Source: Chiloscyllium plagiosum
Taxonomy: Eukaryota
Reading direction: 5' to 3'
Length of the DNA: 64,000 bases
Assembly: GCF_004010195.1 (NCBI RefSeq)
Contig: NC_057718.1
Coordinates: 19,734,815-19,798,814 of the forward strand
Below are positions 38,586 to 51,300 of this stretch, one piece after another (the stretch's first letter is position 1; the number at the start of each line of letters is the position of its first letter). A model generated the notes under the pieces. It had not been told where the DNA came from, did no database searches, and saw only the letters and a list, made by a program, of their open reading frames with translations. A program made the position numbers and the translations under genes.

Positions 38586-40992
38586 TGGTAGTTCTTTTCA
38601 TGCAAGGTGATGATTTAAAGCAAGAACAGATTGCAATGAGAGACTCAGACACTTGTTTAAGTGACAGCCAGGTATTGAAATGGGAAGATTATATATTGAC
38701 ATACTTAAAAGACATCATCAAACCTGCAGGAAAACTAATACAATGTCTATCTATTTCATTAAGGAGGATCATGAAATCTTCTCTGGCTTGTCTGGAATTT
38801 ACTTTCATATCATAGTATGGACAAGTTAGGCAGAAGAGCCTATTTCCATGCTGTACGACTCTAATAACTTATCAGCCTTTGCATCCTGATTTTAAACTTC
38901 AGTTATAAACATGAAAGTACAAGTAAATTAAAATTTCAACAGCATGATGAGGATAATTTATTTTTATGCAGTATGTTAGGATCATCTGGAATGGACTACC
39001 AAAAAGACTGTTGGAAACAATTTCTGTAAAAGTTTTCAAAATGGAGCTGGAGATGGGCAGAGGATTGAAACTCAAGGGAAGCTGTAATGTGCACAATGGA
39101 TCAAATGGCCTCCTTCTGAACTGTATGAATCTATAATGGACAAAAAAAATATTTTCCTTCCAGCAAAAAGGAAATCTTAGGTACTCCAACGTGTAGAAGG
39201 TAAACACTAGAGTACTTTCATACTTTCAGTAAGTAATTAAAGATAGCAAATAAACTGTTACCAATCTTATGGAGAAAGAGCACAGCTGAAATGGGAAAAG
39301 CAGCAGCCAACTACAGCTGTTATGAGTCAACTCCCACTGTCTCAGTACATCCATGGAGCCTATAGCTGAGACACTAATGAGTTGCCAGCACGGCTGTCTA
39401 CTATTTTAACAGCCATGAACTGGTATGCTACGGAACAGTGGTAGAAATCCACAGACGTCTGACATCAGAGGCCAATAAAATTAAATGCTTCCTGTGATTA
39501 TGACCCTGACTTGTATCAATAAACAACCTGTAGCACAATTTATTTTTTCAATTACCCTCAAAAAGGTGGTGAAACACAAAATACGTTTCTCCAGCAAAAA
39601 AAAGTTGCTACAAAAACTTGGTGCACAGCAGGAGAACTGTGAAGACTGAAAAAACAAACTCCACATACTATTGCTGGAACAATTTCTTCACTTTTGACAT
39701 TATTTGCAAGTTCAATTAACTCCTGTTTTTGCAGCTCCTCCCCAAATTGTGGATCCCAAGCAATGGCTGTGAAATAGAAATGAATAGCTGCTGCCAGCAC
39801 AATTCACAGGGTGGGCAGGAAAAGAAAGGAGGCTTCTCCAGTGTCAATGTTGATTGTTCCCACCAGACAGATCACCTAGACTATGGGCAGGTGACACTCC
39901 TAATCAGTCCTCACTACACCACTTCCATGACATCCTTCCGATGATTTTTCCAGTTCCTTTATACGTCAAATACAAATTCCACTTGTTCTTTTGTATCAAA
40001 GAAAAAATTCAAAATCTGGATTTCGACGCATTTCCACTTTTATCATGTGCATACTTCCATTCTCTGCTCTAAGAGCATAAAATGGCATTTAGTCTTGTCA
40101 ATGTTACATACAGACTTTAACTTCCCTATGTTCACTCACCTCTGTAGTCTCTTCTGTTCCTCATTTGTCATGTCTCCTCAGTTGGTGTTATTAGCAAATG
40201 ATACAATTATCCCAATTTGCCTATTTCTGATTCATTGACTGACACTGGGCTAAGATGCCATAGGTGCAGATCTCAGGGACATACCGGTAGCAATGTCTTG
40301 CCAATCTTAAAACATCTGAATACTCTTACTCTATGTTTCCATTTTTCAGGCATCTCCCAATTAATAGACTTCTGTTTAGATCATGGGTCTTATAGTATCC
40401 TACATGTCACTTTATCAAGGACTTTTATAATCCCTTTCCCTAGGCTCTGATAATTTCCTCAAAACAACTGATTAAGTAAGTATGCATGACTTCTTGATGA
40501 AATTGACAGGTAAGATCTCTTGGTTTTTTATGGAACTAGTTCCCCACAGATCTTCCTTATTTTGACCTCAAGCCATTTTCCAACTTACAATGTGAGGCTG
40601 AATGATTCACAGTCATCTGAAGCATGAACTTTTCTGGAACTGTAGATCAACCAAACCAGTGGATCAAATTGGCTCAAATAAAACTGACAGGTCAAACATG
40701 GGATTCACGTGAGAACATTCAGCTAATTCAAAGCTAAAAAAAAATAGGGCAAGGATTCTGAACACAAGTAGCATGAATTATTCATCACAGAATAAACCTA
40801 TACAGTGATGCATGATAAGGTTCAGTAAATTAAAAATAGTATCTTGATTATTTGATTTCCTTAAGAAGGAGATAGATATAGTTCCTAGGGTCAAAGTGAC
40901 CCAAGATTATGGAACAAAAGTGGGAACAGGGAACTGACTTGGATGATCATATTGAACGGCGCAGCAGGTTCGAAGGGATGAATGGCCCATTT

Positions 40993-41512
40993 AGAGTCAT
41001 AGAGTGATAGAGAATTGTACAGCTTGGAAAGAGATCCTTCGGTCCATCTTGTCCATGACCGACCAGATATCCTAAATTAATTTAACCTCATTTGCCAGCA
41101 TTTGGCCTATATCCCTCGAAACCCTTCCAGTTCATTTACCCATCCAGCCTTTTAAATGCTCCACCACTTCCTCTGGCAACTCATTCCAATCACACTGCAT
41201 GAAAACGTTGCCCCTTAGATCCCTTTTATACCCTTCCCTCTCACTTTAAACTTATGCCTTCTAGTTTTGGACTTCCTGACTCTGGGAAAATACCTTGATT
41301 ATTCACCCTATCAGTGCCCCTCACAATTTTATAAGGTCACCCCTCAGTCTATGATGCTTCAGGGAAAATAGCCCCAGTCTATTCAGCCTCTCCCTATAGT
41401 TCAAACCCTCCAAACACAGCAGCATCCTTGTAAACCTTTTCTGAACCCTTTCAAATTTAACAACATCTTCCCAGTAGCAGGAAGACTAGAATTGAACACA
41501 TTATTCCAAAAG
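40993..41512 (-). mobile_element. CR1 3' part inserted in another CR1 tail (40860-40990 plus 41513-41540)
   Basis: Begins agagtcatagag (reverse of the ctctatgactct tail) and is homologous to 8808-9310. Confidence 0.8.
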
Positions 41513-41544
41513 TTCTGTTCCTATTTTCTATGGTCTTTGATAAA

Positions 41545-42010
41545 TTGTAACTGGACTAGTAATCCCGGGACACTGGCTAAGCCTCTGGGGATAAAAAAAA
41601 ACTAAATGCTGGAAACTTTTACTTGGAACTGTTCTGAAGAAGTCATAAGGAAATCAAAACCTTAACCCTTTCTCCCAAGACACTGTGCCAGAGTCTCTCT
41701 GGCACATTGTTTTTTATTTCAGATCTCCAGCATCTGCTGTACTTTACTTTTATTTGTGTCTCTAAATCTCTGGGGACATGGATTCAAATCCCACGATAGC
41801 ATCTAATGGAAACTGAATGCAAATAATAAATCTAGAATTGAAAGCTAGTGTCGGTAATCATTACCATGACAACTATCATTGATGGCTGGAAAAATCCATC
41901 TGGTTCACTAATGTCGTCGTGGGGAAGGAAATCTGCAATGTAAAGCCTACACGTAACTCCAGATCAACAATAATGGACTCTAAAATGGCCCGAGCAAGCT
42001 ACTCAGCAAC
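41545..42010 (+). mobile_element. tRNA-derived SINE (second family) interrupted by an old PLE mini-insertion at 41592-41761
   Basis: TSD ctaagcctctgggga (41577-41591) and ctaaatctctgggga (41762-41776). The SINE body matches 12690-12948. Confidence 0.65.
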
Positions 42011-42173
42011 AAATGATGGCTTCTGAGATCTCATTGCTGAGGTTCCCACATAAACTGCTGGATAGGTGAGTTAAAGGTAAAGTCACGATAGTGTCTGAGG
42101 ACTATAGGATTGCTTTCTCATAACAGAGAAACAATTAGTGGTGGTTTAACCTGGAGGTCACTAGTCTATCTAC

Positions 42174-42363
42174 CTTTGAGGAGAAAGTGAGGTCTGCAGA
42201 TGCTGGAGATCAGAGATGGAAATGTGTTGCTGGAAAAGCGCAGCAGGTCAGGCAGCATCTAGGGAACAGGAGAATCGACGTAGGGCTAATGCCCGAAACG
42301 TCGATTCTCCTGTTCCCTAGATGCTGCCTGACCTGCTGCGCTTTTCCAGCAACACATTTCCAT
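42174..42363. mobile_element. Young fold-back PLE insertion, perfect 66-bp hairpin
   Basis: Arms 42216-42281 and 42298-42363 are exact reverse complements. TSD tagtct(a/g)tctacctt at 42162-42176 and 42363-42377. Confidence 0.88.
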
Positions 42364-42389
42364 AGTCTGTCTACCTTGACCTAGCAACC

Positions 42390-42882
42390 AGGGGAAAGTG
42401 AGCACTGCAGAATCTGGTGAGTCAGTCAAAAAGTAAGGCCCTGGAAAAGCACAACAGGTCAGGCAGCATCTGAGAAGCAGAAAAGTCAATGTTTCGGGCA
42501 TAAGCCCTTCATCAGGAATGTGGAGGAGGAAAAGGGGCTGAGAGATGAATGGAGGGGGTGGGGTTGTGTATCATTTCAAACACAACAGTGACAAACACAG
42601 GGGGGGGGGGGTGGGAGAGAGAGAGAGAGAGACTGACTCGCTGAGATCTTTGTAGAGGGAGGAGGAGAACTTTTTTAATGCGGGCATCTTTGGAAGAGGC
42701 TTCGCAGTAAGGTTTCAGCAACTAGGACAAAGTGAGGGCTGCAGATGCTGGAGAGTCAGAGTCAAAAGGTGTGGTGCTAGAAAAGCACAGCAGGTCAGGC
42801 AGGATCCAAGCAGTAGGAGAGTCGATGTTTCGGGTATAAGTCCTTCATCAGGAACGTGGACAGGAAAGGGGGCCGAGAGATA
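42390..42882 (-). mobile_element. Internally deleted PLE with two direct pLTRs, each with a hammerhead core
   Basis: pLTR copies at about 42390-42565 and 42722-42882, cores at 42491-42515 and 42827-42851. The spacer includes a possible ORF start MPALKKFSSSLYKDLSES. Confidence 0.7.
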
Positions 42883-45254
42883 AATATCTTGTCCGAGTAG
42901 TCACACAATTACAGCTCTGGTGGCACAAATACACATCCTCTCGATGCAAGGCTTTTGACTCAGCATTTTTTTTTATTAAGCTAAGTAAGGGAAGGCACCT
43001 GGCCTCAGACAACATGAGCTGACAAAATAAATAACCCAATTTGCTAATAAATCCCCACAATAACACGTTGTGACAGTGTGAGGATTACTTCAAGTAACAG
43101 TTTTGCAGGTGTTTCCAGGTTCACTTAACAATGCTGAATATCTACCATTTACCTATTTAGCACATCTCCGTTTGGATTAGAAGATCCCATGCTATATAGC
43201 CAAGTCCCAAAGGACACAACTAATTGCTTCGTTTTGTGGGTTGGTGGGATGGGGGGATGGGAGAATGGAAAAGTAAAACTGTTTTTATATTATGATGCAA
43301 GTCACTTTTACCATTCCCATCATGGGCTCTACATTCCAACATAGCAATAGATGGTTTAGAACAAAAAAGGAAGGAATAGTAATTTCCTGTATGAGATGAA
43401 ATTCTGATTATTCAAGAATGAAACAGCTGAAGAGGTGGAAACACTGCTACCCTGCTTTCCAGAGTGAACGGTCATTCCCTTCCAGTTTATTTATTCATTT
43501 TGCTAAAATAAAAAAGCAATCATGTAAGATACTGAAATTATGAATTTTAGTTTACAGAAAAGCAGTGGGCTGAAAGGAAGACCATCACCAATTTATGAAA
43601 TTACATAAAGATCTGAAGAACTATGTTCATTAAGACTACATCAATCAAGGAAATTCTTGAGCAAGTAAGCAGCCAAGTGCATAGCCTTCTTCACAAACAG
43701 CAACAGGTTAAATGATGAGTGGAATTAATAAAAGGACAAAATGTTAATACTGGCAAGACCTCCACCCCTGTTCTCTGCACAATGCCATGGCATTAGGCTA
43801 CTTCCAAAGAACTTTGGAGCAATAATCCAAAGTAATAAACTGATAATTTAAATAAATGAGTATTAAAGGAATAACCATTATGGCCTCACTCTAATCTCCA
43901 TCCCTGACCCCAACCATGCAACCCCCCCCAACCTAACAGACTCCGTTCCATCACCATTCCCAACACTCAGGCCTTAGGCACACAGCTACTCACTCTCACA
44001 ATTTGCCTGATTGGAGCAGTATCATCTTGAAGAATCTTCAAATTGTACTTCCTGTACTTGGAACCTGGTCATATCCGAATTAAATAATGTTGCACGTTGA
44101 AAATTAATGGTTAGAGTTAGTGAGGGGAAAGTCAGTGCCAATGGCAGTACAATTCATAGCTGTATTTATGCTCTAGACTTGAGGGAGGACTGGGTTATAA
44201 ACCTTCTAGGATCTTGCATTAGAATATTTCTCAGGCAAAATATAAGTTTATTGTCCCTCAAAAATCTTACCAAAGTCCTCATGAGTTGCCTGTCTATACC
44301 AAGACTCCACCGCTCACAAAAAGACTCTATATCTCATAACTCCTGAAGGGTTTTAACTGATGCATTATGTCCTCTCTGTACAGAAATTTAGTTAAATTTA
44401 ATAAGCACCGATTTATAAATATATATTGAAACTACAAACAAAATGAATTATATTTGACTTGATTTATTTATTGTCACAAGTACATGTTACAAATAGTGAA
44501 AAGGGTGCATATGCAGAAACACAAAATAAATAATCCATTAATCAAGAAGCTAAATGATTCCCTGGTATGTCAAAGATTGTCTTTTTTGCCATGGTATTCT
44601 TTAAATAAAATCATATCTTTACAAAACATTCTCCTAAATCTATAGCTGGTACAAGCTGTGATCACCAGGTTTCCATTATGTATTTCCTGACAGTAAAACA
44701 AACATACCAGTTTTCATCCATACACACTCAGTGAAATTGTACAGGAAGAGTGAGCAGACAACAAATGAGTTTGAACGGGACATTATATCCTGTATGGCAG
44801 TGGGACCGTCTCATAATAGTTCACCAGCAATATTAGGAGTTATGAGATACAAATACACTAAACAATTTTCATCATAATCTCTCCTAAAATCATTCTGCCA
44901 TAGTAATGTTTGATTCTATATAAACAGCCCTTGTCAGAAACTTATGAGATTTCAGTGTAAAATGAGTCTGTGCCTCTTCAGCTTCTAAATTTTCCCAAAT
45001 TAGGTTCGACTGTTCTCCTTTCAGCATATTCCACAGCAAAATGTACATGTAGACTACCATGAGTAAAATTTACTGCAACTTATTTTAATGATGAGACAAT
45101 CCAAGAAATTTATTTTTCAGCATTAGGGTCTATATGAAATAACTGTGAACTTGAAGATGATCATAATGTACAAATATTCATACTATTCGCTGACTATAAA
45201 TATTCCTCGACCACAGACACATCATACAAGGTATTGATTTTTTTTCAAAAAGGT

Positions 45255-45685
45255 TAAGGACTGCAGTACCTCAATAATTTTAGGGCATGAACTCTCCCAC
45301 ATCCTAGCCCCTACACCACACACCAGGCCTTGATTTCACACTGTCTGCCATTACACAACATCTATTGTTAGCCACTACCAGTCTCCATTAACAGCTATTC
45401 ACCCTTCTAGTCAGATTTTTACCTACACCCTTGTCCAACTGCTCATCTCTCTCCTTAGGCTGTATTCCCACCTATCGGTTACTCATTTTCCTCTCCCCCC
45501 ACCCTACCTTTTGCATATACACCAACATTTTCTTAGCTACCATCAGTTCTGAGGAAGAGTCACCGGACTCGAAAGTTTAACTCTGATTTCTCTGCACAGA
45601 TGCTGCCAGAACTGCCGAGCTTTTCCAGCAACTTCTGTTTTTGTTTCTGATTTACAGCATCTGCAGTTCTTTTGGTTTTTACATA
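45255..45685 (+). mobile_element. PLE 3' end (third subfamily) with hammerhead
   Basis: Possible ORF end ...LNNFRA*, a C-rich UTR, a core at 45549-45577, and a tail cagcatctgcagttcttttggttttt shared with 47422-47629. Confidence 0.75.
45545..45582 (+). ncRNA. Minimal type I hammerhead ribozyme motif
   Basis: agtt-CTGAGGA-a-GAGTC-accg-GACTC-GAAA-gttt-aact. Stem II is a perfect 5 bp and agtt/aact can form stem I. Confidence 0.72.
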
Positions 45686-46804
45686 AAATATCAAGTCAAG
45701 TTTCAGTCTGCGAATCAACCTGTCCATAATAAAGTCAGCTGGGATCATAATACTATGCAATCACCAATGTTGCTCTCAGAGGATAGTAAACGACCGCAAA
45801 TTGCCCACCATTTACCTTCCATTTCCCCAACCCGTGGGCAAAGTGTTTCCACTCACTGTAGCATCACAGTGGATATATTTGTACTCCCGCACTCAAGGGG
45901 AAAGGGGAAAACTTCAGTCCCATTATCACAACCTTCTCTCATGTTGATCGCCCCAGATACTGTTTCCTTGTTTAGATCCATAGGTAAATATCCAAACTAT
46001 GCAATGGTGCTTTGTTATAATATTTTGTGCAATGTAGCTTAATTTAGACTATACGTAAGTTTTTTAAACATTCACCACAATGTTACATTATATAGAATCT
46101 ATAGCATAGAAACAGGCCCTTCAGTTCAACAGTGGAGGAATTCAGATGCATAGGGAGATGAGTGAGAACTGGACACAGTCAGAGGACATGTGAAAGCTGG
46201 CACTGTGCTTTTGGATGTTGTTGATGACGGAAAGAAAACAACTGAGAAGTGAGAAAGAACTTAAGGATAATTCCTTGAGGGATACGAGAGGTAATGGGAG
46301 TGAGACAAGAAGTCATCATTCTTTGGCTACATTTAGATTGATGAGAATGGAATCTGCTGAGGTTGGTTCCACCCAGCTGGATGACAATGAGATGCAAGAA
46401 GTTGGTGTGGTCAAATGGGTCAAAATTAGCAGACAAATTGATAAGGATAAAGAGGGTATGCTTAGAGATAATAGACCGACACAGAGTAAAGTCGATCTAA
46501 ATTTCCTCATAATGCCAATTATTTGGTAAAATAGTAATAAATTAATAATTTGGTGCAGAATCTAATCTAATTAGAACTAGATTTAGACTACCCAGGCACT
46601 AATAGCTATCAGTGAGTGAATTGATGCTCACTCCATCAACTTGCTGTTCCACAACAATAGTGAGATAAGCAAATGATTGTTGGTGGTACTTGAACACCTG
46701 CCAAGACACTAGAAAAACTCTTACATTCTGAATACTGCCACAAGAATTTGGTCATTGACAATAATCAGCGCAAAAGTAGACAGGATTTTGGTTTACAGCT
46801 TTTT

Positions 46805-47115
46805 AGATTAGATTAGATTCCCTATTGTGTGGAAGAAGGCCCTTCAGCCCACTAAGTCCACACCGACCCACCAAAAAGTAACCCACCCAGACCCATTTCC
46901 CTCTGACTGATGCACCTATACTATGGGCAATTTAGCATGGCCAATTCACCTGACCTGCACATCTTTGGACTGTGGGAGGAAACCGGAGCATCCGGAGGAA
47001 ACCCATGCAGACACAGGGAGGATGTGCAAACTCTGCACAGACAGTCACCCGAGGCTGGAATCGAACCTGGTCCTTGGTGAGGTGAGGCAGCAGTGCTAAC
47101 CACTGAGCCACCGTG
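46805..47115 (-). mobile_element. HE1-like (V-SINE) SINE
   Basis: Reverse complement of the 12949-13243 family, with an (AATCT)n tail. Confidence 0.85.
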
Positions 47116-47421
47116 ATGGCCTTCTTATTTATTAAGAGCCAACATGCATCAATCTTTCAGGACTGTACTGGACTGTATACCTCGATTGAAAACTCAGTTT
47201 TTGGTATGAAGCTCAAATCCGTTAATTTTCACAGAGGGGTTTACTGTGCTAGAAATTGAGTACCAACAGCATTACTGAAGTTCTGTGCCCTGGTCTTGTA
47301 AATTATATTTTAACCAACACCACTGATAATCTGGTACCAGGTTATTATCTCGTAATTTATCTTACTGCTATAAATAAATTGGCTGCAATATTTACCTCAG
47401 AGACTACAACAGTTCAAGAGC

Positions 47422-47629
47422 AAAAACAGAAATTGCTGGAAAAGCTCAGAAGGTCTAGCAGCATTTGTGGAGAGAAATCAGAGTTAACGTTTCGGGTCCA
47501 GTAACTCTTCCTCAGAAATATTAGCTCTGATTTCTCTCTACAGATGCTGCTAGACCTACAGAGCTTTTTCAGCAATTTCTGCTTTTATTTCTGATTCTCG
47601 TTATCTGTAGTTCTTTTGGTTTTTATTTG
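47422..47629. mobile_element. Fold-back PLE insertion with 10-bp TSD
   Basis: TSD gttcaagagc at 47412-47421 and 47630-47639. Minus strand 47515-47489 reads CTGAGGAAGAGTTACTGGACCCGAAAC, followed by GTT. Confidence 0.8.
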
Positions 47630-48205
47630 GTTCAAGAGCTCTTCACTGCAACACTTATTCCGTAAGTGTTATATAAATGAAAGTGCATTCTATATTGGCA
47701 TGTTACTTGCTGCAATAAAAGCTTCATTAGACAATAAGATCTGTGCCTCACTGATGTGTGCACCTACTTAATTTTGATTTCTAGATTTTGATGGTGAGCA
47801 AAATAAATACTTCCAGTTCCTAGTTTCTCTCAGAGGAATCTTAACCCACCAAATCACTTGCCAAATAAAATTCAAGAATTAGTGCTTCCCCGTTAACATT
47901 CTGAGCTTCCATAGCACCAGTGGGATCAGTAGGTTTCCTACATGACTCAGAGTGGGTGGGGTGAATAAGAGAGCTCATGCAAACAATCAGGATGTTTCTA
48001 CTTATCAGAACAGATTATCCGCAGAATCTATAGCTGTAGGTCACTGCTCAGGATGTTGTTTCATACAAACTGGACATTTTAATGTGCCAATTTCCTTTTC
48101 ACACCAGATAGATAGGGATGTGCTGACACATATCCTGCCTAATTCTAATGTTGTATGCAAAGTTTACTAAATATTTTTGTAACCACAGTAGCAGCAACGT
48201 CCTAC

Positions 48206-48319
48206 CTGTGCCTGCATCATTGCACGTTCAATCCGACGAGGACTACCTTTCTCCAGTTTTGTTCTCAGCATTAGGGTGGTCACTTGAATGGCCCAGAACT
48301 TTGGCTGAGACAGTATATA
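48206..48319 (-). CDS. TTC27: TTC27 coding exon (about human exon 10), 114 nt, phase 0-0
   Basis: Acceptor ttatgtttcag, donor CAG|gtagga. Translates [38 protein letters not shown], close to recalled human [38 protein letters not shown]. Confidence 0.95.
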
Positions 48320-51300
48320 CTGAAACATAAAACAAAACCACATTGAGTGTTAAAATTTTTTTTAAAATGGAAAGGTTAAAAATTAAAGCTGACTCTTAAA
48401 AGACTATTTTAGTATTTGGTGTGTATTTTCATTTTTGCTGGTGCATTATAAATAACCATACCCTCTGTATCAAGAAGTTGATTTTCATTCAACCCACCCT
48501 GAACATAAGTGTGCAAAAACAAAATTCATCAAACAGACAACAAAGTAAACCACATTAATGTCAGCTTTGAAACATTAAGATCCCAATTCTTGACTTTGGT
48601 GAAATGGGCATGATCTCATCAGATCTTTGTATATCTAATAAAGGTAACCTGCTTGAGAAATTAATAATGATGCTGCTGGTTCTCTTAGTTACAGATGTAA
48701 CAATATTAAAACACAGTGGCAATTCTATTTTATAAGTAGTCATAAAAGATCAAAATTTGGTTCTCTTCATATTTGAGCAAAATTAGAGTTGCTCATAGTA
48801 TATCATCGATGGTTTTGGCAGTTTGTAATAACCAATTTTAGTGAAATGACCAGAATGACAAATGTTCATTCGAAGCTTTAAAATATCAAACAAATCCAGC
48901 AAAGCAACACAATGCAGTGTAAACAGACCATCCCACTCAAAGAGATGCCTTTGGCCTCTTCACTGGGGCTTTCGTCGTTCAGACTGATATTTCAGGTCAT
49001 CAGCCATGCTTCTGAAAGGATTCCTCTATTCTTAAGTGGGGATTGAACAGCAACTTTAGCAGAGGCAAGATGCATTTTTACAGTTCAACAATCTTTCACT
49101 TGAACCCTATCTCACTGGGATACATCGGCACATAATTCAATAGGATTGGAGAGACTGGGTAAGGGAAGAAAAAGTTAAAAAGGGAAAATAAGCTTTATTT
49201 AAAAAAACAACTTGAGATAAGAAACACGTATGACTTCCAATAATGGTGTAAACTAATACTGACTTCAGGTTACTATGCCAACAAACTCTCGAAATAACCG
49301 GCAGACACCTAGACCCAAGGGAAATACAATGCTGTCAATGCTTTAAAAGGACCACCCAGATGCCCAATGTTTATACTAAAGTGTTCCCAAATATGATTTA
49401 CTTGCAATTTGTCTCACTTCGCTAGTCAATTGGGAATTACAATCTAAGACAGCCAAGCATTTGAACTTTACAACATTATAGAATGGGTAGATCTTTTGGA
49501 ATGAGCTGAATTCACACTTAAAGGGCGAAAATGAAAGGCCTGAGGAAACAGGGTAGTGTTAACAGTGCATGAGAAAAAGAGATAGCTTCCTATACATCCT
49601 GTTATTTCAAGCACAAAGGGACTCCCATCTTCTGCAAAGCTAATTTTGTTCACAAGGAAGTCAGCACTATTCATCATGTACACCCAACATCCTTTAATAC
49701 ACTGAAAGAAAATTCCCACATTAAAGTGCTCTTACATATTTGAGATAATGGTTAGTGTGGACATAAAATAATCCTTTAAGAAAGGATCCAAAAAACATTT
49801 TAAGTCCAATAAGAACCACAGTGCTTATTGGATGTGAATCATACCCATAGGATTTGCTTTCTGCCAGTTATGGTTCTGCTTGTGCAATTTACATGGGTAC
49901 TTACTTGTTTACATCACAGTGCATGTTTCACTTAGTGCTGTGTACAGCTGCATAGTTAAAGCAGCAAAGGCACTATTACAATGTACAACTTTATTATTAA
50001 GTTACTGAATGCTGTCCAATGGTGCAAATTCTCCCAACTGTAGTGTGAATAGCTTACAATGAAAGAGGAAAAGAACCGTGGTAGGGAGGTCAGAGAAAGC
50101 AGCTCAATATGTATAGGGTCTGTTGGAAGCATATTTAAATCGAGTGGATCTGACAGCGGGATATAAAAAAGAGGAAACCAAGATTTCACTCTGTTCAGGA
50201 GAAGCAGCTCAATAACTTAACTGTAACAGTACTTTCAACTTTCCATTGTAGGTATCTTAATAGTTTTCATGAGATTGCCAAATTACTGCCAAACAATGCT
50301 AAACTACAGTCAAATCCATATGTGGGTTTACCACCATGAGAAGAACTGAGTTTATAATCATTTCAGATGGGCCTTTACAACCAACACGTAGGAGATTTCT
50401 GTCCTTTTAACTCTTCAAACTTTACAAAGAACAATACAGCACAGGAATAAGCCCTTCAACCCCCCCACCCCCCCCAACCTCCCAGCCTTCACTGACACAT
50501 TTTGCCCTTCCAAACTCAAACTGTCTTCGCTTGCAGGAAGAATATCCCTCTATTCTGTTCCTATTCATGTATCCAAAGCTGAGAATATACTGTGCTGATC
50601 CACAGCATGGCCTAGTTTTGATCACAACTCTGCAGTTTGCTTGATTCAATCCAGTTCTGAGGTATCTCAGAGGTCCTGGAACCTCTCTCCTGTTTGCAAA
50701 GTTGCATGTGGGTCCAATGAGAACCTTGTCTATAAAATATAACACATTTGGAGCTGTAGCATCCATTGATTTACCAGGAAGCACAATACAGTTTAACTGG
50801 TCCTTTCCTGGGTTGTGTCCTCATGAGCTAGTTTTTAACATATTTGCTTGCTGGTTATGAACATTTATATTATAAATTATTCAAAGATCAGCAACCAGTA
50901 TCTTCAGGGCATTCCTGATAGCTCTGCCATTTCTCAATAATAAAGGTGAAATATTCAATAATTACCTGTTTAACATCACATTGTCTTTAGACAAACCACT
51001 GTTATTCGCATCTATCACTTGGCCTTATTTCTTGTACAGTCCATTATCATTAATGTATTCCTGGGCTTCTATTCTACTCATGAATTTCAGAGGGTCCTTG
51101 ACTGTAAGACTACATTGAAACGCTAGCACAACTTGCACTGCCAAAATTATGGAGGAATCAAAGCTACAGTCCATTCTCAACGTGATGGGTGCGTGCACCA
51201 ATAAGGTTAAGGCCATGTGAACTCTAGAATGAAAAATGGCAGCATAAAGCTGAAATAACTGCTTGTATCTTAGTTTCTCTTGCAGTCAGAGACCTACACA

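Noticed and set aside
42216..42363. Pre-miRNA or classical DNA MITE interpretation of the hairpins
   Set aside because: Variable 10-15 bp TSDs, one-sided tails, variable junctions and homology to PLE pLTRs point to retrotransposition. miRNA status cannot be supported without small-RNA data.
43994..44075. Minus-strand MTRFQVQEVQ next to a gtgagt donor-like site, resembling TTC27 KRTRFQ
   Set aside because: It is out of exon order, has an in-frame stop, and has no further similarity.
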